A model generated the notes under the pieces. That model did no database searches and was not told the origin of the DNA. It saw only the letters and a program-made list of their open reading frames with translations. DNA of 63,384 nucleotides, the filler included, from Parasitella parasitica NRRL 2501 (lineage: Eukaryota > Fungi > Mucoromycota): the NCBI GenBank assembly GCA_025201805.1. It is 7 parts of 7 records of this genome, joined end to end, with 100 filler letters (N's around TTAATTAATTAA, not from the genome) between each part and the next. Parts side by side here need not be neighbours in the genome. Positions count along the whole stretch, not along the records: positions 14,122 to 36,288 come from MU619450.1; positions 36,389 to 63,384 come from MU619372.1; 5 more parts are not named here. One strand, given 5' to 3'. Position numbers and translations under genes: made by a program. This document shows positions 26,745 through 39,480 of the stretch, one piece after another. Each line of letters starts with the position of its first letter. The stretch's first letter is position 1.

Positions 26745-29700
26745 CTACTCAAAGCGGTGTAATGGAGATGATGGGTTATATGCAAATTGCGGATTGTGAA
26801 GGCCACTCGTCATTGAGTAATGAGGATTCGGGTTGGAATACATGAAAGAGGCATGTGGGTTCTGTACAGGCAGAGCCGAGTAAGATTGACTGGAGTTCAT
26901 GTTGTGAGAGTACTGGCTAGCAGCATAGTTGACAGGTGACGTTTGTTGTGGCAGATTCTGCCTGCTGTTATTGCCACTATAGCTTACATAGCTGCCATGA
27001 GAATAGCTCGAGCCCTTGGATCCCACAGAAGCAGTGTCGTTTTGGTTGTAATCCTCTGTATACAATTCCTCTTCGTACTTGTCCCAGGACATGGTGGGAA
27101 TGGAGCTTGGATCGAACTTGCCTTCATCGGCACCAACCACCAATTTTTTTCCTTTATCACCGAGCACAACACGAGTGTTGCCCCAAGAAAAGTCATCGAA
27201 ATGCCAATACGCGTAAATGGGGATATACAATGAAAATACAGGAATAGCAAAGATAGAGACGATCATCCAGATGATATGTTCCCACTTTTTGTGAAGGATA
27301 AAGATGATAGCCTGTAGGCCATAAACGCCCGCAATAGTAATAATTGACATGACAGGAACACTGCTAGTAGATGTGGCGAGCGTATAAATCAAAAATGCCA
27401 AATAGCCAACGATGGCGGGTTGAACCAAGGTACTGATCAGATCAAGCATAACCACAAACCTCATGGAAAAACAGCAGAAGCCGCACAATTGAGGCAAGAA
27501 GACTAGCTCACCCAGGTTGTGGATGGTGGAATTGATCCATCTTCGACGTTGGGATAAGAGTACAGACCATTGATCAGGGGCATTAGTGGCACACTTGGCA
27601 TCGGGCACAAATTTAGTCTTGTAAGTGGGGAAGTGCTTTAATATGAGTGTCGTTAGATAACGGTCTTCACCCAGGTGCAACAGATTCTTCTTATGGAGCG
27701 TGTCTACCCGATTGACTTGATAATCTTCGATAACCTGATTGGATACCAGCAAGGGCTGATTTTTGCTGGGTGAGCGAATCCGATACATACAGAAACATCC
27801 AGGTAAACATGTGACAGATCCAAACAAAGATTCAAAAGCCTTGATCATGTAGTGAGAAATAAAGTACTCGTACACTTGAATCATAGTAACCCACGAATCC
27901 TTTTCATTTGACAGTTTTGTCTCTCCACACAAACCAACAATCCTTGCATCATGCACAAATGAAGATACCAAACGATTTAGCCCTTCCGGCTCGACTTCTG
28001 TATCGGCATCCACCATCAAAACAAACTCATAAAAGCTTGGGTTAACGCCAATGACATTTTTGATTTGGTGATAGACTTCCAGCTCCATAGGCGTCATGGG
28101 CGCATTGAAATGAATCTTGTTGAGGAATCGCATCAGAATCAGTTGTGAATCTCTCTTTCCTCGATTTCCTGGCTTTTGACGTTCACTTAGCTTACCCACT
28201 TTGGACACTACAATGTAAGGCACAACATGTCCTTGGCACTCGTACAAACCAGAATAGACCTTGGCCATGTTATGTTGCTTCTGCCCTTCGCCAACAGACA
28301 AGAACGACAAGGCTTCAGGGTCCACATGGGGGTCTACGCCGAGAATATCCAGCACGATACGAGGTGTGGGTCTGTCATTACCACCACCTACAATCATACC
28401 ATCACAGATAATAAATAACAGCTTTCTTTTATCATCGTATTTCAAAGCTGCAATGGAATCGATCGTCTTTTTCAGCTCTTCTTCTCCTTCAGTGTAGCAC
28501 GGCACTTGACAAATGACAAACTTTTCGTGGTTTTGAGGGTCCCGTTTTGTAGTAAACTGCAGAGCAGCCAGGAACTTGAAAACAATAACAAGACAAAGAA
28601 AGACAGTGACGATAAGCAGCAGGTATTCAGAAAAGATGCATCTTGCAGAGTTTCGCTGATCCAAGGATCCAACATAGAACAAGTTCTTTAGGCACACTTC
28701 TTGACGACGACGCACCTCCGGATCCAAGGGCAAAGCATTCCAATAGGCAGTGATATCCTCGCCCGACTTTTGTCTAAACAGATTGACCACCACATCAGCC
28801 ATGTAGTTTGTGTCAACATCTGCAGGCACTTGCATACCGACTGGCACTTGTACTCTTCTCCCACCGCTGGCATAGTACGTAAGATCATAGATGCTTTCAT
28901 TCAAAATACCCCACACCCGTGTGCTTTGTATACCTCCCATATCCACTGGATTATTTGCCTGCTTACGAACATCAGTGTCTGTGTACCCCATAGTGCCCAC
29001 TTTGTAGTTTTTGCGAAGATACACCAATTTCTCAAAATACCAATCTGGACGAGGGTCATCTGTCCAAGACCGGAAATCATGATAGTTCGAATTGGTGTCT
29101 GACAAGTTGAAGTGGTAATCGAGCGAGACATAGTCGGACACCGTTCCATTTACGCCCTGACAAAGAGCCGATACTTGTACAGGAAATAGATCACTCACGT
29201 CTTTACCACCATACTGCGTAATTGATTCGGTGGGGATGACTTGGTTGGCCCAATGATGAGGAGCAAACCGAGTTAGATCAAACACTTCGCCACGGATAGC
29301 TACATAAGCATTATCTTCACTGCTATGCGCTTGCAGCTCGGATTGAGAAAACACATCCTGGTGAGGACATATCAGTTTTCCGAAAAACACTAAAAACCAA
29401 ATGATAAAGCCGGACATGAGGAATATAATCATACACAATGCAAGTTTCTCTCGCCATGCAATCTGTATGTCTTTTCTTTTCATGCGACCGCACCAAACCA
29501 TGAACGGCGTGGGGATCCACCAGGTCATTGCCCACACAAAGAATAGCCACCGCTTGCGTACAGATGTCACTGTGTGCTCCTCTTCTTGGTGCGTAGTTGC
29601 TGTCTCTGCTGCGACTGGCATTGTCTTCATCTCAAGATACGCAGATGCATTGGAATCAAAGTTGTCTGATACTGTCTGCGAATCTGTCTCGGTGAAATTT

Positions 29701-32346
29701 TGGTGATGAAGATGCTGGTGGATGTCTTCAGAGGCAAACGAGCGTTGGTCCTCGGAATAGAGACTGTACGAGGAGGCGCGCGTATTCATGAAAGCGCGAG
29801 GTGCTGGCAATCCCGCAGCGGCGGCATGAGCAGCAGCCAAAGAGCGACGGTCATGATGAGCAGTGGAGTCCGAGTTGCCAGTTGATGTAAGTACATCTGC
29901 ATTTGAACCAGAAGAAGCATGCGAGCATTCATCCGGACTCAAATTGCGAGACATAAGGTTGTCAGCGCCATCTTTGGAAGCCAATGCAGCCTTTGATTCT
30001 CTCTGTTTCTTTTGGTCCTCTTTTTCTGATGCTCGCAATTTATCCTCCAACTCGCGCCAACTATCGTCGTTTAGAAATATCTACACAGAGGGTTTGTTGG
30101 TTTCATGCATAAATGATCGTCTAGAAATGTTTAAATACCTTGGTATTGCCAATCGCTGCATTCTGAGAAGCATTGGACCAACCAAATATGTCCAAGGCTG
30201 CTTGACATTTGGCCTTGGGGTGTCTATTTTGATCTACTCCTATTGCAGCAAGGATGTCTGCATAACGCTCACAAAATTCTTCGTGTTGGAATATGTTGTT
30301 GAAATAGCCTGACTGTAATCGTTTGGCAATGGAGTCTAATCCTAGTGCCTGTATTTGGCGCTGCACCAGTTGCGAGTCAAAGGGTGATGGGGATCCCAAC
30401 CCCGTCTTTTGGCTGGGACGTATACAATACACAAACCACGGCATAGTTTCGTCTATCGAAGAAAACAAATCATCCAGAGAAGATCTAAGCTGAGCTAGGA
30501 CAGTAGGCACCACTTCTTTGGCCTTTGAAGCAGGGTTGGTTGTTTTGTCTTCGTCTGGTTGCGTGTTCTGGTTTCGTTTAGTTGATTTAGAACGCCTCAT
30601 AGATGGCATACGGCTTGGCTTATTCATTTGCTGTGCATTCAATATAGCGTCTGCATCTTTAGGGTGCGATTCAATTGTGATTGATTCATCTTGGAACAGA
30701 TGCACCAAGAAGCTGTTGGTGGAACTTCTGAATAAAGACACGAAATCCGCGTTTAGTGCATCTCGATTTGCTTCTATGAACCCCTCTGGCTGGTACGCTT
30801 GGGGTCCTGCAAAATGTTGAATCACAAATAACGGCGCTCCAGTATCTGATTTCTTAGTAGTAAAGGACTCATTCCCTGTTTGGTATTTAGCGATCGTGTC
30901 CAGCATTGGTTGATCGTTTGAACGTCCCGTGGATTTGGGTGTAGTTTTCTTTGAAAAGGTATTCACTATATCAATGATGCCGTACCGAGGCTGGTCAAAC
31001 AAATCGATACATGATGCATTAACTGGTGATCCGACCACCGAGTAATCCATGCCGTCTGCACTGTATTCTGCACCGCTGCTTTCAAAAATGTACTTTGAGA
31101 TGTAGTTGTTTAAGCGCTCATTGCTGTAGCTCACGCAAAGGTGACCCAATCCCAACGGCTCTTGCCTGTTTGTTTCTATTGCTGGCAGGTCCAAGATACC
31201 GATGAAATTACGGACGTTGTCGTTGCACAACTTGCTGTTGATGTATTCGATCAGCCAAGTAAATAATAGTGAATACAGTGCAGTAACAAGTTCATCACGT
31301 TGAGCTGCTGCCTGCTCTGCGTCCAAAATGAGAGTTGTAATGTCCTTTTTAATCAACTGCGTCTTATAAGTCAGTACATTTTCGAGTGCCCGAGGCTCAA
31401 TACCTAGGAAATCAGACACCAGCTCTAAGGTCTCTACGTTTTTCACGTACGCAGCTTCCTGCATTGTCCTGTCATCCACAAACGAGAGCTGACCTAGGTG
31501 CAATAAGGAAGCAATAAATTGCATAATGCGTGTTTGGTATCGTTTTCCAAGTCCAATGTGTCTCAACGATGCCAACAGCGCTTTGTAGTCTTCATTGCTT
31601 TGGTCATTAGAGAAGGGTGGTGATAACGCCTTTGTATATTTGTATGCAGTAAAATCGGTCAAGGATAATGCAGCCTTATCTTCTACAGTTGCGCCGCATA
31701 AGAGCGTGTAGAATATATGAAAATTGTACCCATTTCGCTTCTGCTGTCCAGAAACCACTCTTTGCTTGTCCAACATGTAGTTTAGCACTTTGCATCCAAT
31801 CATTCGACCTCTTTCATTGAATTGAATCTCCATGTACTTTCCAAATCTGGATGCGTTTTGGTTTAGGGACGTCTTTGCGTGTCCGAATGCGTTCAATATT
31901 GATTGTACATGCAGCATCTGCGTCTGTAGCTTGGATTCCTTCTTGTGAGCACTAAGCAATATTAAATGCGACACGACTAGGCTACATATTTCAGATTTCC
32001 CACTTCCTGTATCACCACTGTTATTTTAAAGGCCAGTTAATGAATGGGTATCTACGTTACAGACATTTGCAATAAAGAACCTTAAGAGAATAAACTGATC
32101 TATGGCTGTTCTTCTCATGTGAAGATAGCATTGGTTCACCATTTGAAATAAATGGAAGGGCAGCTTCTCAGTGAGTGCTGTGTTTTTGTACTCGTTAACA
32201 TATTTCAACGATTGCTGATTTTCATTGTGTTGGTTGTGATTCGAGTTTACGGCTAGAATGACATTATCGCCTAGTTGCGAATATAGGATATTTGAATCAA
32301 ATAAGGATCTTATATCATGTAAAATTGAATCTTTCTGCTTCCCCAT
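26745..32346 (-). CDS. Chitin synthase with N-terminal myosin motor-like domain (class V-type); introns 32018-32080 and 30081-30138
   Basis: Spliced P-loop SGDTGSGKS, AFGHAKT..NASRFGKY, FIGILD; cytochrome-b5-like segment; CQVPCYTEGE, NRGKRDSQ, MVDADT, SVTCLPGCF, LGEDRYLT, SQRRRWINST, WHFDDFSWGNTR. Confidence 0.95.
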
Positions 32347-32680
32347 TGTCGAAAAAAAATTAAAGAAGAGAAACAAAGAAAAGAGAGAAAACCAGTTTAT
32401 AACGTTTTATGTATCCTGTAATTTTCTATGCTCGCACAAGGTGGATTGACATCAAATCAGATCCTTTTTACTCCCTTCTTTGTACAAGCACAAAAAAAGG
32501 GATTTATAAAAGAAATTTCTTTATTTAAGGATCACTGTGGTCTTCTCTCCCCCTTTATTTTTCACTACAAACAAAAGCGCATGTTTGTTTGTCCAAACAC
32601 ATTTTTGAAAATGTCATTTAAATTGTAAGGTTTGACGTATGTTCTCTCTCTTCCAGTTCTTTATACCCATTCCCTTAAAT

Positions 32681-35011
32681 ATGAAACTGACTACGATTGT
32701 AACAGGTCTAATACTATTGAATCCAGTTGTGATGTTTTGCCAGGATACTCCAGGGCTGCTGAGACGTGCTGCAAGTGCTGGCAGCATCCTACTTGACGGC
32801 AATGGTGGTATCTCCACAAATCCGAGCGTAGACCAGGATTGCTTGACAGATTTACCAGAAAACGTCATGGCTTGGGTAAAATTTAAACTATTTTCTTGGA
32901 ATACTTATAATGACCTTAATCATTATGCACGTTTAGTTTCAGCATTTTAATGCCATAGTGTTGGAAAGTTTTGTTGTCGCTAATGGCCATGCTATATCAG
33001 GGCCACTATATGTCTATGGGCAATATATTGGCTACTTGTACTCTATCAATGGAAAAAGTATTGTCGACTGCAGTACCAACAATACTGATATCTATTCAAA
33101 GATTGGTCTTGTCATTAATTTTGACACTGGTGCCTATGTCAATATTGCTCTGAATGGCCACGCTCTGCTTCCGTCTGGATCTTCTTCCACAATATTACAG
33201 CAATCAGACTTTTGTCAAACATACAAGAACGATTACTTTGGCCCTGTATCTTTTGCAACCATGGTAGCGGCATTATCAACCATCGAAAAGGCATTGCTGG
33301 CTCTACCCACCACACTGCAGATCAGAAGGGACGGTTCTTTGCACGACGTTGGCAATCGCGCTGACCCAAGGTTCGATAAAATTCAATTTGGACCTTGCTT
33401 GTATCAAACATGTACCCCAGCAACCGATACTGATTCGAATGCGGGCGTAATTCTATTCAACTCTATCAAATGGAACGGACCAACGAATAGACCTTATCCA
33501 AACGACACAATTATCATATTCAGTGTAAATATTTGATAAATATACATCTGTTTACACATTCATTAAACGCTGCCTATCTGCTATAGATCCCAATATGGGC
33601 AAATTTTTTCATCTACCTGAACAGGGATTATATTAGCGCTGGGTTACAGCCATGCAGAGCAATTTTTCACTTTTATCCTGTTACTGGTGACACCAATGTA
33701 CCATATAGTGGGGTATATAATGAAAACTCTCAAGCAGAATTAGTGCGCGATACGAAAGATTATTTGGCAGGCCTTACATTTGCACCAAAAGGTAAATTGG
33801 GAAATAGATTGCTTCTGTACAGTATAGTGACCATGTTGGTATTGAATGTAATAGTTGTCGCTTCGGATGGCGATTTGGGTGGATTTGCAGGGCAATTGAT
33901 CGCAAGAGCATACCAATGGCGAAACCCTGCAGGTGGTACGGATATATTGAATTACGACGATACAGATGATACATGTCAAGGAAAGTTTGTTTGTTTTCCA
34001 CCTACCAATTACACACGTCCACCTTTTACTACTCACAGTGTAACAAAAACAACAACAACGACAAAAGCAGAGACGTCAACAGCCTTGGATACGTATACTG
34101 TAACCTTACCAACGGAAACACAAACAACGGCATATGTCGAATCTACTCACACCGTAACTGTCTATGAAACTGTGCTAGACATTTCCACAGTACATACAGC
34201 AGCATTCCGTAATACTAGAACGTTAACCCACGATACGACTACATCCACAGCAACAACTACAACATTTATAAACATTGTAACTGAGGTGCAAATCAACAAT
34301 ATCTTTATTGAAGAGACTTCCACAAGTACAGAGTATGATGCGTCAACAACCACTACAACAAACACAAACACAGTACATTTTTTGAATCCATCAACAACAA
34401 CCACTACGGAGTATCCAACAGAATATATCACTATTTACGAAACTATTACATCATTTGTCACAGAAACAGGTTCGTAAGTTTTTCTTTTTGTAAGCCATTT
34501 GTATTAACATTATATCAATCAAGTACATACCGGTAGCAAATCTAACTCGCAATTAGAATCAGAGTCGCAATCAGAGTCGCAGTCAGAGTCGCAATCAGAA
34601 TCAGACTCTCATTCTGAATCAGAGTCGCAATCAGACTCTCTATCAGAATCAGACTCCCAATCAGAATCAGACTCCCAATCAGACTCCCAATCAGACTCCC
34701 AATTAGAATCAGATACCAACTCTCAATCAGAATCAGATTCGGGCTCGGCTAACTCATCGTCCTTTAGTTCAGATTCCACTTTGAGCATTACAACTGAAGA
34801 TTGCACTGAACCGGGAGATCATAAAACACATCACCATCACCATCATCATCACCATCATCAGAATGATGGAAATTGTCAAGCTGAATTACACCATAGCCAT
34901 CGTGAAGACGAAAATGATTGTGAGGATGAATCACATCATCATAAAGACAAAAATGAAGATTGGGATTCTGACGAAGATGAGTATAATGATGATGATGAGG
35001 AGGAAGATTAA
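32681..35011 (+). CDS. Secreted/cell-surface protein: signal peptide, putative choice-of-anchor A (adhesin-like) domain, Thr-rich stalk, SQSES/D repeats, His/acidic tail; ~5 exons
   Basis: MKLTTIVTGLILLNPVVMFC signal. Exons join to ..GPLYVYG..WNGP..YPNDTIIIFS/IPI..GLQPCRAIFHFYP..FAPK..GGFAGQLIARAYQW, then a T-rich region, and a last exon ending HHHHHHHHHH..DDDEEED*. Domain name is from recall of similar Mucorales proteins. Confidence 0.7.
34545..34740 (+). repeat. Coding tandem repeat of 6/12/18-bp units (tcagagtcgcaa / tcagaatcagactcccaa) encoding SQSES(D)
   Basis: Directly visible repeats in the last exon of the secreted protein. Confidence 0.9.
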
Positions 35012-35967
35012 AATTAGCTCAAGTATAAAACATGTATCAACGCTTTAGGTCATTTAAAATGTGCTTCTTACAGAATTAAACATATGTAATTCCTGATATT
35101 TGTAAGTACTTCAATAAAAAAAAAACTATCATACTTTAATCGATTTTCGGTATTTTACTGTGTTAAAAGGCTCAAATATTTAGTCTATGCTTTCATTTCA
35201 CAAAATAGTTGTATATTCTTATACGAGAATCCCGACTGAATTTAATGAATGGAATAATCATAAAATTCGAAAATATTGTGGTTCAAAGACATTCAAACTT
35301 CTCTCCTCTTCCTCGATTTTTATCCCATTCGATATAGTTAAAAGCCCCAGGCCCTTTCTCATCTCATAGTTCTTCTCACGATGGCTAATATTTGGAAGGC
35401 TCACTATCGCTTGGCTTTCAACCAACAACTCTTTCTGCCCTCCTCCATACTGAGCTCTATCCGACTTGACGTCCAAAAGATGATTGATGAATATCAGGTT
35501 CATGGTAGGTTGCAGATTGCCTTATATATATTTTTTTAAAAAAAAAACTTTAGTATTAGCACCACTTGATTTTTGTACCAATTGTTCATAATAATTGCGC
35601 CCGCCGCTTGGTTATAGTCTCTTGATTGTAATTTACGCGGAGCAAGTAGTAAAAACCTTCAAAAAAAGTATTGTGGTGGATAATAGACAACTAGTAGAGG
35701 ATTGACTTATTTAAGTACGTCATTGAGTAACACTTGTCTTGGTAGCGAATGAAAGGTAATTGAGCTAAATAATATATATTAAAAAAACAGTGGATCATAA
35801 CTATACTCTATGATGGTTTCTGGATCTTTAAGTTTAATAGCATTACCACCCTTAACAGGATTCTAGAGCCAAATGCTAAATAATTATAAGGGAGATATAA
35901 AAACTGATTTTACACATAGCTATCGATGCACTCATGTCGCCCAGTGAAAATCAATCAGATGCGTTGT

Positions 35968-36176
35968 GCCAGAGTAAAGGGCTCAGCGAAATCTTATAAA
36001 TATTATGAAAAGTAAATAAAACTTTTATTGAATAAAACCAGATAAAAAACCGAAGACTTTTATTATCAACATAAGAAATGATCTTTAGTTATGCTTCTAT
36101 ATATCCTAACCAATATTTATCTGTATAACATTTGATGATTGACGAGAAGTGTTAAGCATTATTAAATCACAGCATT
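35968..36176 (+). repeat. Repeat family A, copy 2
   Basis: Matches 3316-3526. Confidence 0.75.
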
Positions 36177-36425
36177 ATTCGGTTCTACAGTAATTTTAGC
36201 AGAAGTTATCTGCAAAAACAGTTTTATTTTTCAATATTTATCATAAATATCAGATATTTGCTCATAACTTGTGCTAAAATGACCGTAGNNNNNNNNNNNN
36301 NNNNNNNNNNNNNNNNNNNNNNNNNNNNNNNNTTAATTAATTAANNNNNNNNNNNNNNNNNNNNNNNNNNNNNNNNNNNNNNNNNNNNCCTCTCTGATCT
36401 ACGCTGTCATTCTTGTCATACTCAT

Positions 36426-36748
36426 CCACATTATACTATTGACTTATTGATCCACAATATTCTATTTACCTAATTAAACCACATTATAGGAATAGTCTAG
36501 TTCACATTTCAGTGAACTAGACAGCTCGCAAAAAAGTATAAATAGAGGCCATTTTGACCAGCAAAGAAGTTTTTTCTTCGTCAGATCTCCTCATCGAATT
36601 CCCTTATTAAATATCCCTAGCAATCTTCTTATCTTTCTCCACCACCTTTCCTTTATTAAATCATAGCCTCCTTGTTTGAAATAAACTTCTGCATATCTTC
36701 TCTTAGTACTCTGTCCCTGATTATCTAATAAGGCCGTAGATCCCTGAT
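36426..36748 (+). repeat. LTR-like dispersed repeat, copy 2
   Basis: Near-identical to 303-621, with the same right boundary (gtagatccctgat); here it abuts an inverted family B copy. Confidence 0.75.
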
Positions 36749-36749
36749 T

Positions 36750-37246
36750 AAAGTCTTTGTTGCAAATCAAGAAGGTTATCTGTAACACAAATCTGTATGA
36801 TTGACAAACAATAAGGTACTGTCAGATCAAAGATCAATAGCCGTGTAGTATAATAATGCATCGTACGCTGTTAAGGATATGATATTGCTTTCAAATTATT
36901 CTTATCGATTAGTATCGACTAGTATTTTAAATAAGTCACCAAAAATTTATGTAGTTGTAAAAAGTATGAATAGCAGATGCAAAGTTGAATCTTTAATAAA
37001 GTAATCTCAAGTTTTCGTATCTCGTTAATTCAACATTTTATTTTATACTTTTCTTATTTTGATCTTGCAGATCTCAACATTAATAATGTTTGGCACGTCT
37101 TGTCAAACATCAGAAAATGTTATTATGTGAACCAACATTGTTTAGAGCATATTTAGTTAAATAGTGCCCATATCTTATGTCAATAAAAGTCTTTTCTCTT
37201 ATTACTTTTCACATAACATTTACACAAGATTTTGCTGCGCCATTTA
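36750..37246 (-). repeat. Inverted copies of repeat family B (~36750-37064) and family A (~37080-37246)
   Basis: Reverse complements of 4386-4672 and 3330-3515 motifs (aatcaagaaggtta, aatttatgtag, gtatctcgttaa; cttgtcaaacatcag, catatcttatgtcaataaaagtc). Confidence 0.7.
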
Positions 37247-37299
37247 CACCGGGAAAAAAAACGCCAGAGCTATATGAAATCATTACAATAAATATAATG

Positions 37300-39480
37300 C
37301 ATAGAACATGTGGTAAAGACATCAACAAAATCTGCTTTGCAGCCCAATGGGTGTGCGTGAATGCTCAAAAAAATTTCCAAAGGAGTGTTAGCCAGTTACT
37401 GCTATCAAAAATGATAAATATCCACTGTCTCGCAGGAGGTTGAATAGTCGCTCTCATGCGGTAAGACAACCATCAGCTCCGGATCAGGAGTTTCATCTTA
37501 AAAATCAGTGGATTGCACCTTATAATCCATACCTGTCAAAAAATACATTGCCCACATCAATGTTGAGGTATGTGGTAGCGTAAAGGCTACACAATGCCTC
37601 AACAAATACATATAAAAAGGTTCAGTTAAAACTATCGTGGAGGTAAAATCCGCTCGATAAGGTTGAAAAATACCTAAATGGAAGGTTATATAAGTCTTGT
37701 TGAAGCAGTCTGGAAAATACTCGAGTTCCCTATGCATGAAGAGAGCCCTTCTATTATTTTTTGCAGTTTATTCTGAAAATGATGAGGCCCTATATTTCGA
37801 TCCAGAATGGGAACAAAGTTGAATCCAAGAGACACTCCCCAAAAACCATTCAACATTAATGGAATACTTTCTGTACAATGAAAAGAATCAAGGCAAACCT
37901 GGCCTTCGTGAATACCTATTTCAAGAGTTTTCAGAACGTTCTGTTTGGCAAAGAGACAAGAAGCTCTGGAAATCTCGAGGAAACAGCAGGTTTTCAATTG
38001 GGCGCATGTATTATTGGGATCCTTCTTCCGGAGAACGGTATTATCTGCGTTTTCTTTTAACTGTTGTATGTGCCCCAACTTTGTTTGCTAATTTACACAC
38101 TGTCAATGGCGTTCTGTGTGATTCGTAGAAAGAAGCATGTATGTTGATGCATTTGATTGAAGATGACCAAGAATGGTGAAGGGGCTTTCATGATGCTATT
38201 ACTTTCACCTCAGGCTCTTTCCTGCGTTCTTTGCTTGATTCTTTAGTTTTGTCATCTGACATGTGGAATAACTGTTGCCTCCATTTTTGCGACAATCTTG
38301 AGCATCCTTTACATCAAAATGGTTAGTCTGTGTTACTCGACACAAATCCTGATGCTCAATTATATAACAACAATCGTCCTTTGGATTATGGCTTGCATCT
38401 CTTGGATAACTTTTTAAAAGTTCAAGACAAATCTTCAAATGAATATCATTCACTTTTGCCCCTGTTTGACTGGAATGGCCTCAAAGACCAAATGGGTGGA
38501 ATCCAGCGCAATTCATTAATACTTGTTGAAACTTCGTATCAGCAGGAGCAAGGACCTGCAGGAACTGCCAAAATCTTTGATTATAACACTCTCTGCAATG
38601 ATTATAGAAGTCAGGCAAAAATCTTTCATGTGTCGCCTCTTTTGGTATCAGTGCTTTGCTTTTGCCTCTGGGTTGAACATCTCACATCCGCTTTGGCATC
38701 CCTCTGGAAATATTTCAAACCTCAATTTGGAATATCAGCAAAAAAAAAAGCGATTTCGCTGAGCTTGTTTAAAATATAATGCTGATTATCTGGAATGAAG
38801 TTCCTATAGAGCATCGCAATTGCTTTGAAGCTGTTGATATAACATTTCGAGACATTTACGATTGCAATTACGACAATTATACTTTTTGTCGGTGTACCAG
38901 TTGTTCTTGGTGGGGGGCTTTGCCCAGATCCCCCTGTGGTCAGAAATGGCAACAGACCTGGCACTGTTGATGCTTTCTTGATATCTTTTAATGGCAAAAC
39001 TTCCAAAACTTACTTTGACCGAAAACATGAGATTAAATAACTCTGGTCAAGCTGAAGAGAGAGATTTGCTAATTGGATTGCAAGGATGTCTTACGAAATC
39101 TCACTAACTGGAACAATCTCCTTACCTGATACATTGAAACGCACATTAGACTTACTACAAGTCGTCGAAGATGTTTATCCAAGAGCTGTCTTACAACGCC
39201 CCCCTAGAAAATAGTCTCTTTTTTAAAGAAGGAGCTATTCGAAAAACATAAATGTTGAAGCCATCAGCAAGCAAATTATCAATTTTGTAGTCGAAGGAAA
39301 GATCTATCTTCCTGCTACTGATACCATTCAATCTAACCTCACAGATCCAGCGTTGGAGAGCTCGCCAACAGAATATTCTCAAACCCTTTCAACTTCAGGA
39401 ATTCCCGGTAATGTTATTACGAAACCTAAATCCTGAAAGGGGTCTATGCAACGGTACAAGGGTGATAATACTTGAAAATA
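37300..39480 (+). pseudogene. Degenerate Helitron Rep-helicase
   Basis: Fragmented frames: NQWIAPYNPYLSKKYIAHINVEVCGSVKA..KYIYKG, EAVWKILEFPMHEE, IGRMYY..SGERYYLRFLL..TVNG, LIIWNEVP..NCFEAVD.TFRDI, LTENMRL, RNLNPERGLCNGTR. Many stops and frameshifts. Confidence 0.85.

Noticed and set aside
34545-34740. Repeat array as possible CRISPR
   Set aside because: In-frame coding repeats with no unique spacers, inside a eukaryotic exon.
2189-36388. Recurrent TTAATTAATTAA palindrome
   Set aside because: It always sits in the centre of exactly 100-bp N gaps, so it is an artificial scaffolding linker with stops in all six frames.
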